A DNA stretch of 57,845 bases from an uncultured Mycoplasmatota bacterium. GTDB taxonomy: Bacteria; Bacillota_I; Bacilli_A; RF39; UBA660. The stretch lies in NCBI GenBank assembly GCA_947426265.1, contig CANEDJ010000003.1:1-57845 (forward strand), given 5' to 3'. Numbering within the stretch: the stretch's first letter is position 1; every line of letters begins with the position of its first letter. The notes below the pieces were generated by a model. That model did not search any database. It was given only the letters and a program-made list of their open reading frames with translations, and had not been told where the DNA came from. Positions 57,832-57,845 of the stretch are shown piece after piece. Made by a program: the position numbers and the translations under genes.

Positions 57832-57845
57832 AAAATTATAAATGT

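Noticed and set aside
1-57845. CRISPR arrays, rRNA/tRNA genes, IS elements or transposases; and a Mollicutes-type genetic code given the low GC
   Set aside because: I saw no spaced direct-repeat array, no cloverleaf-like or rRNA-like conserved stretches in the intergenic regions over 150 nt, and no transposase motifs. Long ORFs are intact under the standard code, and TGA is used as a stop (for example at the ftsW/pilin ATGA overlap).

Overview
AT-rich (roughly 70% A+T by eye) 57.8-kb chromosomal segment from a low-GC, spore-forming Bacillota. It uses the standard genetic code (TGA ends ftsW and other genes). Most of it is housekeeping. Plus-strand genes include an SEDS ftsW/spoVE-like gene coupled to a pilin gene, comEA-comEC, dnaG-sigA-trmK, pilC/comGB and pilD with two minor pilins, ylbL, a fused MacB-type ABC transporter, mutS, nusB-xseA-xseB, spoIVB, mscL, spoIIM, mnmA, rarA and rnhC. 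Minus-strand genes include pilB/comGA, ylbJ, zupT, an AlkD-like gene, a xerD-like gene, holA, a PAP2 phosphatase, Fic, an OmpR/HK pair, a GH25 lysozyme, uppP, gmk, an SPL-type radical SAM gene, a CE4 deacetylase, ttcA, trxA and cvpA. I recognised no rRNA, tRNA, CRISPR array, transposase or phage structural gene. The observations worth following up are: (1) a textbook-looking -1 frameshift cassette (A_AAA_AAG, 7-nt spacer, 7-bp hairpin) that would fuse an orphan 497-aa triple-repeat acidic protein to a start-less 118-codon ORF; (2) a very AT-rich accessory patch downstream of mnmA (33.5-36.5 kb), bracketed by copies of a 13-nt motif and carrying an XRE regulator, two tightly coupled orphan membrane proteins, a complete 20-codon hydrophobic mini-gene and an Asn-rich small protein behind a forespore-type promoter; (3) unusual extensions on the Com/T4P platform protein and ATPase; (4) a toxin C-terminal domain plus immunity-like pair at the left edge; (5) a minimal kinase-like gene next to the radical SAM gene. 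All functional calls rest on motif recognition by eye. No database search was run.
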